Shown piece by piece: positions 1 to 11,876 of a DNA stretch of 64,000 nt. Source of the DNA: Oligoflexia bacterium. GTDB taxonomy: Bacteria; Bdellovibrionota; UBA1018. A program made the position numbers and the translations under genes. The notes beneath the pieces are model-generated. The model was not told the origin of the DNA and did no database searches. It worked only from the letters and a program-made list of their open reading frames with translations. Each line of letters starts with the position of its first letter. Within the stretch, counting starts at the first letter, position 1. The DNA lies in contig CAVWVI010000004.1 of NCBI GenBank assembly GCA_963758495.1, forward strand, positions 960,001 to 1,024,000. The letters are read 5' to 3'.

Positions 1-805
1 TTGCGGAATGATCTTCAAGGAGCATAGACTGAAGTTCTTCGACACCCACCAAAGTCAATGCCCTTTGAACTCGCTCCCAAGAACAATTGCAGCTAAATGC
101 AACTGGTTTTTCGTCAACAATCATAAAGGGAGTGCTCTGAAAGATTTGAGAAAGAAGATGTGTCGGATTTTTATGAGTTTCCAGAAGCTTTGAAAGAGAT
201 TCAATTTCTTGAATGTGTTGCTCCACTGTCTGAATTTCCTCAGAACTCGCCCCTGGCATCGCTTGAATTAAGAAGCCCCCGGCTGATAGGATACGCTCCC
301 CTTCAAGACTTACAGCAAGACCCACCGCGGAGGGAATTTGCTCACTCTGCGCCCAGTAAAAACTCAAGTCTTTTGCTAAATGACCGGTAATTAAAGGCAC
401 AGTACCAATGTAGGGACTGCCTCCCTTTCCCGCTGCTTCATCTTGTGTTCGAAGCATAGAGAGAAGCCCAGAACCCCAAGGGCCCAAACTTTCATCTACA
501 GGCAACTCGTGAGATTGTTCAATGATGTAACCTCGTACATTGCCTTCCGGATATGCGTCTACCAATGCCTGCTGAAAGAGGCCCGTCCCGCGAATATTTA
601 AATTAATTCTTTGACCGTGCTTACATAAAGCAGCGGTCAGAAGTGCTCCCATAACCGACTCGCCCAAACCACGTATCGCAGCACCTTTAAGGTGTTGGCG
701 TATTGCCATAGATTGGACTAAGTCTGTTGCCTGAATTGCGACACCACGCAAGTTGCCGTGTGTCGAAATACACTTCACCCAATGATCTGAAGATAAAGCA
801 CTCAT
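1..805 (-). CDS. hslO: Hsp33 redox-regulated chaperone (3' end runs off the window)
   Basis: Not in the ORF track. Manual translation from ATG 805: MSALSSDHWVKCISTHGNLRGVAIQAT...YWAQSEQIPSAVGL...AGGFLIQAMPGA...FSCNCSWERV, containing the Hsp33 SEQ, GGFLIQ and CxC motifs; open to the window edge. Confidence 0.9.
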   Translation of the reverse strand, partial: MSALSSDHWVKCISTHGNLRGVAIQATDLVQSMAIRQHLKGAAIRGLGESVMGALLTAALCKHGQRINLNIRGTGLFQQALVDAYPEGNVRGYIIEQSHELPVDESLGPWGSGLLSMLRTQDEAAGKGGSPYIGTVPLITGHLAKDLSFYWAQSEQIPSAVGLAVSLEGERILSAGGFLIQAMPGASSEEIQTVEQHIQEIESLSKLLETHKNPTHLLSQIFQSTPFMIVDEKPVAFSCNCSWERVQRALTLVGVEELQSMLLEDHSA

Positions 806-826
806 GATCATTTCACTGTTACCACA

Positions 827-863
827 TAAAAAAAGAAGCCTCAGAATTTCTTCTGAGGCTTCC
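827..863 (-). terminator. Rho-independent terminator after groEL
   Basis: 12-bp stem GAAGCCTCAGAA/TTCTGAGGCTTC with a 4-nt loop, followed by a T-run on the minus strand. Confidence 0.8.
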
Positions 864-987
864 TTATAAATAGAGCGGTAAATATTTGCGCATAAGATAA
901 CAGGAAAACAATTGAACTGAATTTTGTTATAAATTCTATTTATAACTCATTCCGCAGAACTACCCCTATGATCTATTGCTGCAAACT

Positions 988-2661
<1,674 letters not shown>

Positions 2662-2672
2662 CTAAAAAATAA

Positions 2673-2960
2673 TTAATTCAAAACGCCGAGAATATCTTCC
2701 TCACGCATCATGAGGAATTCTTCGCCGTCGATCTTGATCTCAGTACCTGCGTACTTACCAAAAAGAACTCGATCGCCCTTTTTTACATCTAATGGACGAA
2801 TCTTGCCATCTTCAGCTACGCGGCCCTGTCCAGCTGCAATGATTTCACCTTGAATTGGCTTTTCTTTCGCAGTGTCAGGAATAATAATGCCACCCTTAGA
2901 GCGCTCTTCTTCAACAAAACGCTTTACTAATACACGATCGTGCAATGGTCGGACTTGCAT
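2673..2960 (-). CDS. groES: Co-chaperonin GroES
   Basis: [10 protein letters not shown]...[20 protein letters not shown] upstream of ATG 2960. Confidence 0.97.
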   Translation of the reverse strand: MQVRPLHDRVLVKRFVEEERSKGGIIIPDTAKEKPIQGEIIAAGQGRVAEDGKIRPLDVKKGDRVLFGKYAGTEIKIDGEEFLMMREEDILGVLN

Positions 2961-3294
2961 AGAGTTCAACCTCCATTCTCTAAATTGCTTGAAACGTTAC
3001 GTTATAAGGAAAATGCCGAAAATTTATTTTTCGCCCACTTTCCCTTTAGTTTGATGGGCATTTGGAAAGTCATCAGTAATGACATTCAAAACAACCATCC
3101 GAAAGGCTTAGTGCCTCTTTGAGTTCTAATGTGGACACTTCATTTGACTTGTCAACTTGAAGTGCCGTTTTTTCTATGCACTTATACTATGTATTTTTAA
3201 GTAAATTAAATAACTTTATAATTTGACTTAATTAATCATGTACTATAAAAAAATACAAAAAGGGCGCGAGACTGGTGATAACAAACAGTGACCT

Positions 3295-4440
3295 ATGATG
3301 TTTCTTTGGATATTTACCTACTCACTCACCTTACTCCTTTTTAGCTCTCTTTTTGGCTGCACCTCCTCTTTAGTCAAATCGCCCGACAGCTTGGACATTA
3401 AACTTCCAGAAGAGCTATACTTCACATCGATCCAGCAACTCACACACGGGGGAATCAATACAAAAGCCCACTGGTCAGAAGACCTACAATTACTGAGTTT
3501 TCAGCATAGGGAACTCGGAATAGGGAGCACCCCCCCTCTTTGCAATCAAATTTACACCCTTAAAAAAGATGGATCTGAAATGAGAAAAATTTCGACCGAT
3601 CCAGGCAATGAAAGGGATCCCTTCTTTCTACCTAAGAATAAGAAGCAGCATCAGAGAATTGGATTCACTAGCTCCGCCCCTTCTTCTATTTATTGCCCGC
3701 CCTCCCATGAATTAGGAAATCATCTCAATTGGGTCAATTTGGCTCTAGCCACTTACCCTTCTTATCTCTTTGGAGTCCACTCAGATGGAACTGACCGTCT
3801 CCCACTAGAACCGGGAGCCCCAAAGGCCTATAATTCGGAAGCTGCAACTTGTCAGGATGGAAGTATTGTCTTTACGAGTAATCGCAATGGAGATCTGCAC
3901 CTTTACCGTGCGCAATTAGACAGTCTCGGCACATTTACCGAAGCTCAACAGGTCACTCAAGACTTCGGGTACCATGGAAACCCCTCTTTTTCCTTCGATT
4001 GCAAACAACTGGTTTGGACAGCATATCAGCCACGAAAAGGAAGGGAGACTGTCCAATATCATAAAGGCTTACTACAAAATTTAATCCACCCTCTCACGCT
4101 CGAAATCTGGATTGAGGAGACCCGAGGAACCCCTGCTTATCCTGTCACTCACTTAGGAGCATTGAGCCTTTCGCCTACTTTTACTCCTGATGGAAAGAAA
4201 ATTCTTTTTGCTTCAAATTTGAGAAATCCAAAAAAACTTGATTTTGATCTCTATCTGGTCAATCGGAATGGAACTGGCCTCAAGCAAATCACTCACTCCC
4301 ATACCTCTGATAACTTTCCTCAATTCTCACCCGATGGGAAATTTTTAGTATTTTCCTCTCGTCGAAATGCCAAATTGCCCAATGAAATGAACCTATTTAT
4401 TGCAAAATGGGAAGATCCGACTCATTCCGATCAAAAATAA
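3295..4440 (+). CDS. TolB-like PD40 beta-propeller lipoprotein
   Basis: Lipobox-like LFGC; repeated PxFSPDGK..vF.S.R motifs. Confidence 0.8.
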   Translation: MMFLWIFTYSLTLLLFSSLFGCTSSLVKSPDSLDIKLPEELYFTSIQQLTHGGINTKAHWSEDLQLLSFQHRELGIGSTPPLCNQIYTLKKDGSEMRKISTDPGNERDPFFLPKNKKQHQRIGFTSSAPSSIYCPPSHELGNHLNWVNLALATYPSYLFGVHSDGTDRLPLEPGAPKAYNSEAATCQDGSIVFTSNRNGDLHLYRAQLDSLGTFTEAQQVTQDFGYHGNPSFSFDCKQLVWTAYQPRKGRETVQYHKGLLQNLIHPLTLEIWIEETRGTPAYPVTHLGALSLSPTFTPDGKKILFASNLRNPKKLDFDLYLVNRNGTGLKQITHSHTSDNFPQFSPDGKFLVFSSRRNAKLPNEMNLFIAKWEDPTHSDQK

Positions 4441-4523
4441 TGAAGAATCTAGATCGTTCTTATTGCGTTTTCTAATAAGATCGCATACCAAATAGATCTT
4501 CATTTTTTGCTGTCGATATCGAT

Positions 4524-4599
4524 GGCCTGGTAGCTCAGTCGGTAGAGCAGCGCCCTGAAAAGGCGTGTGTCGGCGGTTCGATTCCGTCCCAGGCCACCA
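4524..4599 (+). tRNA. tRNA-Phe (GAA)
   Basis: 76-nt cloverleaf GGCCTGG...CCAGGCC-ACCA, anticodon loop CT-GAA-AA, TTCGATT T-loop, encoded CCA. Confidence 0.97.
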
Positions 4600-4705
4600 C
4601 TTTTTGAGTGGGACAAGTAGCAGAATCAATTGACAATTCAGAATTTGGATTTGGAGCAGAATGCTTCAAGGCCCTTGTGCGTCCTGTGCTGTGGAGCACA
4701 GGTGG

Positions 4706-4819
4706 AGCAAAGAGGATTGGGTCAATGTGCTGGTGAAAAATCCAATTCTCATTGAACGCACTATAGTGACAGACGGAAAAAATGCCTTGGATTATTCGCC
4801 GATTTTTGAAGATATCTAA
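4706..4819 (+). pseudogene. C-terminal fragment of an ArsC/Spx-family protein
   Basis: Manual translation SKEDWVNVLVKNPILIERTIVTDGKNAL...stop resembles the NPILIERPIV motif; N-terminus absent. Confidence 0.6.
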
Positions 4820-4963
4820 AGTATGAATTAATCCAGCGGAAGTCGTGGTCTTCAGAGACTCAACTACGCTATTTTGATAGCTCGCTTAAATGTCTGACCA
4901 CAAGTTTTTGATAAAGTAGATTGAGGGATTTGCACAGCAAAGACCTATGCCGCTCTTCTTAAT

Positions 4964-6684
4964 GTAACCCCTCAATAAGTTGAGGTAAAGATGTTGTCGT
5001 TTGCCAATTTTGGATTGAAAATTGCTGTGTTAAAAGCATGGAGCAAGAGTTCAAATATAAATCAGAAAAACCGCAGTCCATAAGTGGGTTGATTGGCATT
5101 ATTGAACAGCAAGAATTCTTGATAAATCAACAGATCCACAAAATTCGAGAATTAGAATTAACAGTTGGATACCTTCGAGATGAGATTGCAAGACTGAAAA
5201 ATATACCTCCTCGTCCAAAGGTGCAAGCTAGCCAACTTGAAAAGAATAAAGCCAATAACTGTCTCAAAAAGCGTGCGGGCTCAGAAAAGAGATCAAAGAC
5301 TGCCTTTTTGAAAATTCATGATCACAAGACTATTCAAGCTCCTCGGGTACCAGATGGGGCCAAGTTTAAAGGGTATAAAAATTTTACGGTACAGGATCTG
5401 GTAATCCAAGCACATAATACTCGCTACCATTTGGAAAGGTGGCAGACTGAGGATGGCTCCTACATTGAGGCTGAGTTACCCAATTCAATTCATGGCCATT
5501 TTGGGAATCAGTTAAAAACCTATATTATCTATCAATATTACCAATGTCATGTCACTCAGCCTCGCCTGCTGGAAGAACTCAGAGAATTTGGCATTGATAT
5601 TTCGGCTGGAGAGATTAATTTTATTCTTACGGAAGGACACGAGAATTTTCACGAAGAGAAAGCTGATATTCTTAAAACTGGCCTTCAAGTTTCTCCTTAT
5701 ATCCAAGTAGACGATACCGGAGCAAGGCATGCGGGGAAAAATGGATTCTGTACTGTAATAGGAAACTCCTGGTTTACATGGTTTCAAAGTACTGAATCAA
5801 AAAGTCGAATCAATTTTTTGCAATTATTGCAGATGCAACGATTTGAATATAAGCTTAATTCGACCGCAGAAAAATATATAAAAGAACATAAGTTGGACCC
5901 GAAAGCCCTTGCCGTAGTTTTAGATAATATGGGCCAGACAATCCTTGGAAAAGCCAATTGGGAAAAAACACTTGCCCAACTTGGAATTTCTGGCATCGAA
6001 AGCCAACGGATTATTACGGAAGCCGCTCTCGTAGCGGGCATTGATAGAAAATGGATTTCGACAAGATCTCCTAATTTTGAGTGATGATGCATTTCAGTAT
6101 AATGCATTTCCCAACCAGCAAGCTCTTTGTTGGATCCATGCTGAAAGAAACATTCATCGATTAGTTCCTGTATCAAATACTGAGGCTATTGAATTAGATT
6201 CTGTTCGTACTGAAATATGGGTGTACTACCATCTATTGAAGCGCTTCCAACAATCTCCTCATCCGAAATTTGCTAAAAGACTCAGTCAGAGATTTGATGA
6301 GATCTTCAATCAGGAAATGATTTACTCGGAAGTCGAATGTGAACTCAAGAAGTTGAATTCAAAGAAGGAGCGCCTTCTAGTCGTCCTAAAATGTCCAGAA
6401 ATTCCGCTTCATAATAACGGGGCGGAAACGGATATCCGCGAATATGTTACGCGTAGGAAAATAAGTGGTGGTACCAGAAATGAATTGGGCCGGACCTGTC
6501 GAGATACTTTTACAAGTCTAATAAAAACGTGCAAAAAACTGAGAGTTTCATTTTGGAATTACTTGAATAGCCGAATTTTGAATAATGATAGGATACCCAA
6601 TCTTACCATATTAATACGACAACAAATTCCAAAACCGGGCTAAAATACAAGCCAGCTCATTCCCTCAACTTATTGAGGGGTTAC
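4964..6684 (+). mobile_element. IS66-family insertion sequence (single-transposase type)
   Basis: Perfect 22-bp terminal inverted repeats GTAACCCCTCAATAAGTTGAGG (4964-4985 and 6663-6684) with the GTAA end typical of IS66; no target duplication seen. Confidence 0.88.
5038..6643 (+). CDS. IS66-family transposase, +1 frameshift near 6040
   Basis: VDDTG, SDDA, LCWIHAER and HNNGAETDIR motifs spread over ORFs 5038-6084 and 6041-6643. Confidence 0.88.
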
Positions 6685-7484
6685 ATTTTTTGATGCTGTT
6701 TTATAACCCCATTCGGAGCATAAAGCAACCGATCTGCCGCCATAGAGAGGACTGGGAAGTGATCACTGCTAAACTCCTGCCATGCATGCTTTCCAGTTCC
6801 CAGGTCACCCAATACCCAATGCCATACGTTCCCTGCCATATCCCAAATGACTTCCTCATTGCTCAAGATATGAACCCACGGTAGTTTATTCATCTCAGAA
6901 ACTGCTACGCCGTTTCCATCATTGGATGCTGCATACTTCATCACGCAAAAGCGCGCATTGGGTGTTGGCGTACTGTATAACTCGTTTCCTGGTACCAAAA
7001 CATAACCTGCCGCACATCCGCCTCCTAAATTCTGAATTTGTTGCAGTTGTTGCTGCTGCTTTTGCTGCTGCGACTTCTTCAACACTATTCGGCAAAAACT
7101 TTCTGCTTGAGGCAATCCGAGATCTTCACATAGAGTCAATGTATTTTCTGCATCCATTTTAGGCTGAGAAGGAAAAGCTACTTTTCCAAACCGGATCAGA
7201 TTCAACACATATTCTTTCATGAGTCGGTCACTCACATCGAGGTCAAATGCGGTTGCAGCGGACTTTCCATCCTCTATTTCTGGTTGAACTATAAGATTTA
7301 CCTTCGATGCAAGCTTTCCTTGTGGATCCATTTGGCACTCTAGTTTATCGCTGTCACACCAGAAGGCTTCACGGCCATCGGATGTACGAAACCAAACTTT
7401 ATCCCCCGCCAGAACAGAAAACCCCTGCAGCCCTAACGTGAAAAGGGCGATTAATCCAACAAATCTGATCTGACTGATTTTCAG
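6681..7484 (-). pseudogene. Truncated secreted protein with an FGE-sulfatase/C-type-lectin-fold domain
   Basis: FCVMKY...PWV...IWDMAGNVWHWV motifs; stop codon is the TAA inside the IS end; the in-frame upstream region encodes a signal-peptide-like stretch with no ATG. Confidence 0.6.
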
Positions 7485-7606
7485 CTTAACGCGACGCGTT
7501 ACCAGAATAAGCCGGTTTTGGCAAATTTATTTAAAAATGCTTTGAACAAAAGTAGCTTGAGAGGTGTAGTCTCCTGTTCCAAATAACTTCGTACACTGTA
7601 TTAATT

Positions 7607-7696
7607 TAACAACATTAAGTTTTCATAAAGTAGCTATTTTCACTACTTTATGAAAACTTAATGTTGTTATAAAGTAGTGAAAAATGATACTTTATG
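7607..7696 (+). promoter_or_regulatory. abiE promoter with inverted-repeat operators
   Basis: Perfect 27-bp IR (7607-7633/7643-7669, 9-bp spacer) plus an overlapping 15-bp IR (7637-7651/7669-7683); TTGTTA and TG-n-TACTTT boxes. Confidence 0.75.
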
Positions 7697-8515
7697 CAAA
7701 TGAGAACACTACCGAAACCTTCGAAGTCAACCCACCTTTCACAGTATGTGGACTCTCTTCTGCAAAGCGGACGAAATACATTTACGACTGCTGACGCACT
7801 CAAAGAAATGGGCATTTCGAAAACTGCTTTCAAATTTGCTTCCATTCGACTTTTGAAGAAAAAGCGCCTTGCCCACCCGGCAAGAGGATTTTACGTCATT
7901 GTCCCGACGGAATTTCAAACTGACGGGGTGCCACCCCCCTCCCATTATATCGATGCACTCATGAAATTCTTTCAGCAGCCTTATTATATTGGCATTCTTA
8001 GCGCAGCAGCATTCCACGGGGCAGCTCATCAATCCCCTATGGAATTTCAGATTGTAACCTCAGCGCCTATTCGGAAAATCACCTTGGGGAATAGTAGAAT
8101 CGCCTGTGTTACAAAAAATCGACTTGAACGAACCCCGACTCAGCCAATGCGAGTATGGAGTGGAGACATTCCCGTCTCCACTCCCGAAGCTACTGCCTTT
8201 GATTTGTTAGTCTATCCCCACAAATCCGGGTACTACTCGAATATTGCCACTGTGCTTATTGAGTTATCAGAGGTGATGAACGCCAAGAAGCTTGCTTCCG
8301 TCGCTGAAGTTTTTGCCCTTACACCAATCGCCCAGAGACTTGGTTACCTTCTAGACGCCTACGCCACCAATAAGCTGACTAAAGACCTGCATCTCTGGGT
8401 TGAAGAGCAAAACCCACGGTGGACCCCACTTCGTCCGGGATATAAGGGAAAAAAATCTGAAAAAAATGAAAAATGGCACATCGTCGTAAACGAGGAAGTG
8501 GAGCCAGACCTATGA
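7694..8515 (+). CDS. abiEi: Type IV toxin-antitoxin AbiEi antitoxin (true start may be ATG 7700)
   Basis: N-terminal wHTH, RGFYVIVP, YYIGILSAAAFHGAAHQ, STPEATAFDL, QRLGYLL. Confidence 0.9.
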   Translation: MQMRTLPKPSKSTHLSQYVDSLLQSGRNTFTTADALKEMGISKTAFKFASIRLLKKKRLAHPARGFYVIVPTEFQTDGVPPPSHYIDALMKFFQQPYYIGILSAAAFHGAAHQSPMEFQIVTSAPIRKITLGNSRIACVTKNRLERTPTQPMRVWSGDIPVSTPEATAFDLLVYPHKSGYYSNIATVLIELSEVMNAKKLASVAEVFALTPIAQRLGYLLDAYATNKLTKDLHLWVEEQNPRWTPLRPGYKGKKSEKNEKWHIVVNEEVEPDL

Positions 8516-9339
8516 TTCCAATTGCAGCAATTACAGCCTGGCGAAAGTACGCCCCTTGGAAAGAACAGTATCAAATCGAGCAGGATCTCGTCCTCACCAA
8601 GGCGGTGATCCAAATATACTCTCACCCGGCCCTTCAAAGCGCCTTCGCTTTTCGAGGAGGAACGGCTCTTCACAAGCTCTTTTATGAAACGCCTAACCGA
8701 TACTCTGAAGATATTGATTTAGTTCAAGTGGAAAAGAAACCCATCGGAGGGGCAATAGATGCAATTCGTAGTTTGATTGATCCGTGGCTAGGACCGCCCC
8801 AAAGAAATACAAAGCCAGATCGAGTTTCTTTGATCTATCGTTTTGAATCAGAGTCCCCCAGTCCAAGGAAAATGCGGCTCAAAATTGAAGTGAACACCGG
8901 CGAGCATTTCAACATACTAGGACTTCAAAAGAAAAAGATCGAAGCAATCAACCCATGGTTTAGTGGAAAGGCTGAGCCCCTTACTTATGAAATCGAAGAA
9001 CTCTTAGGAACAAAGCTCCGAGCCCTTTATCAAAGAAAGAAGGGACGCGACCTTTTTGATATGAACGTAGCAATTGAATCCTTTTCCAATCTGGAAATTA
9101 GCAAGGTCATCGATTGCTTTCTTAGATACATGGAGCACGACGGAGCCGTGATTAGTCGAGCCCAATATGAAGCCAATTTGGCAGATAAGTTAGAAGACCC
9201 AGCTTTTGTAAGAGATATTGAAGCTGTCTTGACACCAGGAGGAGCAAAATTTGATCCTCAGGCTGCAGGAATAAAAATTAAAGAGAGAGTTCTTTCTCAG
9301 TTAGCCGGGGAACCCTGGAAAGGCAGGAAAGAAAAGTGA
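8512..9339 (+). CDS. abiEii: AbiEii nucleotidyltransferase toxin
   Basis: EQDL, FRGGTAL, RYSEDIDL, KLRALYQRKKGRDLFD; ATGA overlap with abiEi. Confidence 0.92.
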   Translation: MIPIAAITAWRKYAPWKEQYQIEQDLVLTKAVIQIYSHPALQSAFAFRGGTALHKLFYETPNRYSEDIDLVQVEKKPIGGAIDAIRSLIDPWLGPPQRNTKPDRVSLIYRFESESPSPRKMRLKIEVNTGEHFNILGLQKKKIEAINPWFSGKAEPLTYEIEELLGTKLRALYQRKKGRDLFDMNVAIESFSNLEISKVIDCFLRYMEHDGAVISRAQYEANLADKLEDPAFVRDIEAVLTPGGAKFDPQAAGIKIKERVLSQLAGEPWKGRKEK

Positions 9340-9561
9340 TGAGTGAGCAAAACAAATGGGAGACTAAAATTTTTCCATAGGAAGTTTCCCGCCGAAGGCA
9401 GTTCAGTTCAATGAACATTAACCTCCACAGTATTTTTAAGTTAATCCAATATATCCGTGCTTTAAAATTTATTTTTGCCTCCTATAAATGAATCATCCGT
9501 TATGATTTAATAATTGAATAAGGCAATTCTGAAACCTATATCCTAGGAAAGAAACGATTTC

Positions 9562-10188
9562 ATGAAAATTTTCGCAGCAGGTATTTTGTTATTTACGTCC
9601 ATAGCACTAGCTGAAAATGGACCCCTTTCTCTATCACCCGAGCAATTTAAGCAATATTTACAAAGTGTAGAGCAACAGGAACGACAGGACCTAGCTGAAC
9701 TACAAGCAAAACTGGCAGCAGCACTTTCGAAGCCCTCCAAAGGAGATTTAAAAAAAACCGACCTCCAAACCGCCTCCCCCGAAAGCACTACTCCCACGTC
9801 CAGCGAAGACGACGACGATGAGTCGACGCAAGCATTAGATGAGAGTCTACGTAACGAAATTGACGCGAAAAAATCAAACATTGAATACATCAAAGAACTC
9901 TCTGCAGACGAAAACGTAATATCGAATTTCAATGCAAGCTTTAATAAGTTTTATGAAAACGATCAGGGCTTAAAGTCAAGAATTGATCAACTGCAAAACA
10001 ACATCGATAACCTCAAGAAATGTGTGGAACAGTTAGGACTCTCCGAAAATAAGCACTGTGCCGAGTGCGCAAATTCGGCAAAGTGTCAGGTGGAAATAAA
10101 CAAAATACTGCTCACCAGCCTTGAACATTTCCAATCACTGACGTGCGATCTTTGCTCTATGACTCTCAGATTATCACAATTAAGATGA
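9562..10188 (+). CDS. Secreted hypothetical protein, coiled-coil with Cys-rich C-terminus
   Basis: Signal peptide MKIFAAGILLFTSIALA; 208-aa ORF. Confidence 0.65.
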   Translation: MKIFAAGILLFTSIALAENGPLSLSPEQFKQYLQSVEQQERQDLAELQAKLAAALSKPSKGDLKKTDLQTASPESTTPTSSEDDDDESTQALDESLRNEIDAKKSNIEYIKELSADENVISNFNASFNKFYENDQGLKSRIDQLQNNIDNLKKCVEQLGLSENKHCAECANSAKCQVEINKILLTSLEHFQSLTCDLCSMTLRLSQLR

Positions 10189-10319
10189 TGTAGATAAAAA
10201 AGACCTGCGGATAAACTCCAGGGACCTGCAAGGGGTTTTTATTATCAGGGTAACCATACTGAGTAGTCTGGCGCTTGCCTATTTAGAATGGACGAATCCC
10301 ACCTTCATTCAAAAAGAAG

Positions 10320-10697
10320 TCAAATTTCCAAATTTAAAGCTTTTGCGATAGCGATCTCCAGCTTCTGCATATCAAATGGTTTAGGAAAGATTTCATTCAC
10401 TCCCAAGGATTTTACATCCTCCAAAATGAAATCCGAGTAACCCGTAATGAAAAAAAAGGGCATGCTGAATCCGTTTTCTCGAACCATCTTGAGGAAAGCA
10501 ACACCATCCCCCCCTGACATCCTCAAATCAGAGCAAATTAAATTTACTTCTTTAGTGAGTAGCTGCTCAAACGCTTTTATCCCGTTTTCAGCCAACATAA
10601 CTGTAGCTCCCAAGAGCCCAAAGTTTGCCGCTATAATTTGACGTATCATAGGCTCATCATCGGCGATGAGAATTACTTTTCCATTCAGGTTGATCAT
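10320..10697 (-). CDS. Single-domain response regulator (receiver only)
   Basis: ILIADDE, SDLRM, ITGY and KPF receiver motifs. Confidence 0.9.
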   Translation of the reverse strand: MINLNGKVILIADDEPMIRQIIAANFGLLGATVMLAENGIKAFEQLLTKEVNLICSDLRMSGGDGVAFLKMVRENGFSMPFFFITGYSDFILEDVKSLGVNEIFPKPFDMQKLEIAIAKALNLEI

Positions 10698-10865
10698 GAA
10701 ATTCTTCCTTCTTACTTTATTATCGTAATAAAAAAAAATTTATTGACCTTTCCTACACCTTTCACCCTACATTCTGTGTGCAAGAATCTCTGAAACCCAA
10801 TTTAAATTGTGTTAGTTTTTCGATCTATCACCGAAAAGAAGAGTAAGACCTGGGGGGCCCATTGC

Positions 10866-11876
10866 GTGATCATTGAAGTGAAAAATGTTCATCGGTCGTT
10901 TCGATCTGCAACTAGAACAGAAGGTTGGAAGGGGGCATTCAAATTTTTTGTGAAACCCCAGTACCAGACTCACCAGGCATTAAAAGGAGTCAGCTTCAGT
11001 TTAGAAGCAGGATCATTTAATGGCCTGATCGGTGCAAACGGTGCCGGTAAAACTACTTTACTTAAAATCCTCTCGGGATTGATCCCGCCTTCACAAGGAG
11101 AAGTCCGCGTGTTGGGATTTCAACCCTTTAAACGCGCCCTCGATTTTCGACGAACCATTGCTCTTGTGATGGGGCAAAAAGCTCAACTCTGGTGGGATCT
11201 ACCCGCAACGGATGCTTTTGACTTGCTGCGTGCAATTTATGAAATTCCTCAGCCTATCTATCGAGAAAGACTCCACACGCTTTCAGAATTACTCGATGTG
11301 AAACAGCATCTGAATACTCAAATTCGTAGACTCTCTTTAGGTGAGCGAATGAAGATGGAATTGATTGGGGCCATTCTCCATTGGCCGAGTGTTATTTTTC
11401 TAGATGAGCCCACCATTGGCTTGGATGTATTCGCAGCACATAAGCTCAGAGAGTTTTTAAAAACTTTTAATCAACATGAGAAAGCAACCATCATTCTTAC
11501 AAGCCACAACATGGACGATATTGAAAAGCTTTGCTCTCGAGTCCTCATCTTAAAGTCAGGGGAGCTGATCTATGATGGTCAGCCCAAGGGGATTACAAAA
11601 AAAGGAGAACGCCGTCTCCGTGTGAGGTTTCTTGAAAAACCGTCTTTGAGTCAAATTCAAATCATTACCGGACTACCTAGAGAAGCCATAGAAGAAGAAA
11701 ACCAAGAGGAATCAGGAGACAGGATCATCCATTTTCACATTAAACAGGATCAAATTGTTTCGATATTACAAGTTCTCATGAATCAGTACTCCATTATAGA
11801 TATGGGAATTGAGGAACCGAGCTTGGAAACGGTCATTCAAAGGCTCTTTGCAGAAGAACGGATGGAGAATTCATGA
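10866..11876 (+). CDS. ABC-2-type transporter ATP-binding protein
   Basis: GANGAGKT, LSLGERMK, FLDEPTIGLD, TSH; probable GTG start at 10866. Confidence 0.92.
   Translation: MIIEVKNVHRSFRSATRTEGWKGAFKFFVKPQYQTHQALKGVSFSLEAGSFNGLIGANGAGKTTLLKILSGLIPPSQGEVRVLGFQPFKRALDFRRTIALVMGQKAQLWWDLPATDAFDLLRAIYEIPQPIYRERLHTLSELLDVKQHLNTQIRRLSLGERMKMELIGAILHWPSVIFLDEPTIGLDVFAAHKLREFLKTFNQHEKATIILTSHNMDDIEKLCSRVLILKSGELIYDGQPKGITKKGERRLRVRFLEKPSLSQIQIITGLPREAIEEENQEESGDRIIHFHIKQDQIVSILQVLMNQYSIIDMGIEEPSLETVIQRLFAEERMENS

Noticed and set aside
8..390. Plus-strand ORFs at the window start and the many short ORFs antisense to core genes
   Set aside because: Shadow frames of well-supported genes such as hslO, groEL, tsf and pilQ
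3103..3129. CIRCE element upstream of groES
   Set aside because: Only one half resembles TTAGCACTC-N9-GAGTGCTAA
6681..7331. Diversity-generating retroelement target
   Set aside because: The fold is compatible, but no reverse transcriptase or template/variable repeat pair is visible in the window
10198..10243. Terminator after the 9562 gene
   Set aside because: The stem is weak and irregular; not supportable
4600..10700. Intact prophage or ICE at tRNA-Phe
   Set aside because: No integrase, phage or conjugation genes, and I saw no duplicated tRNA 3' end
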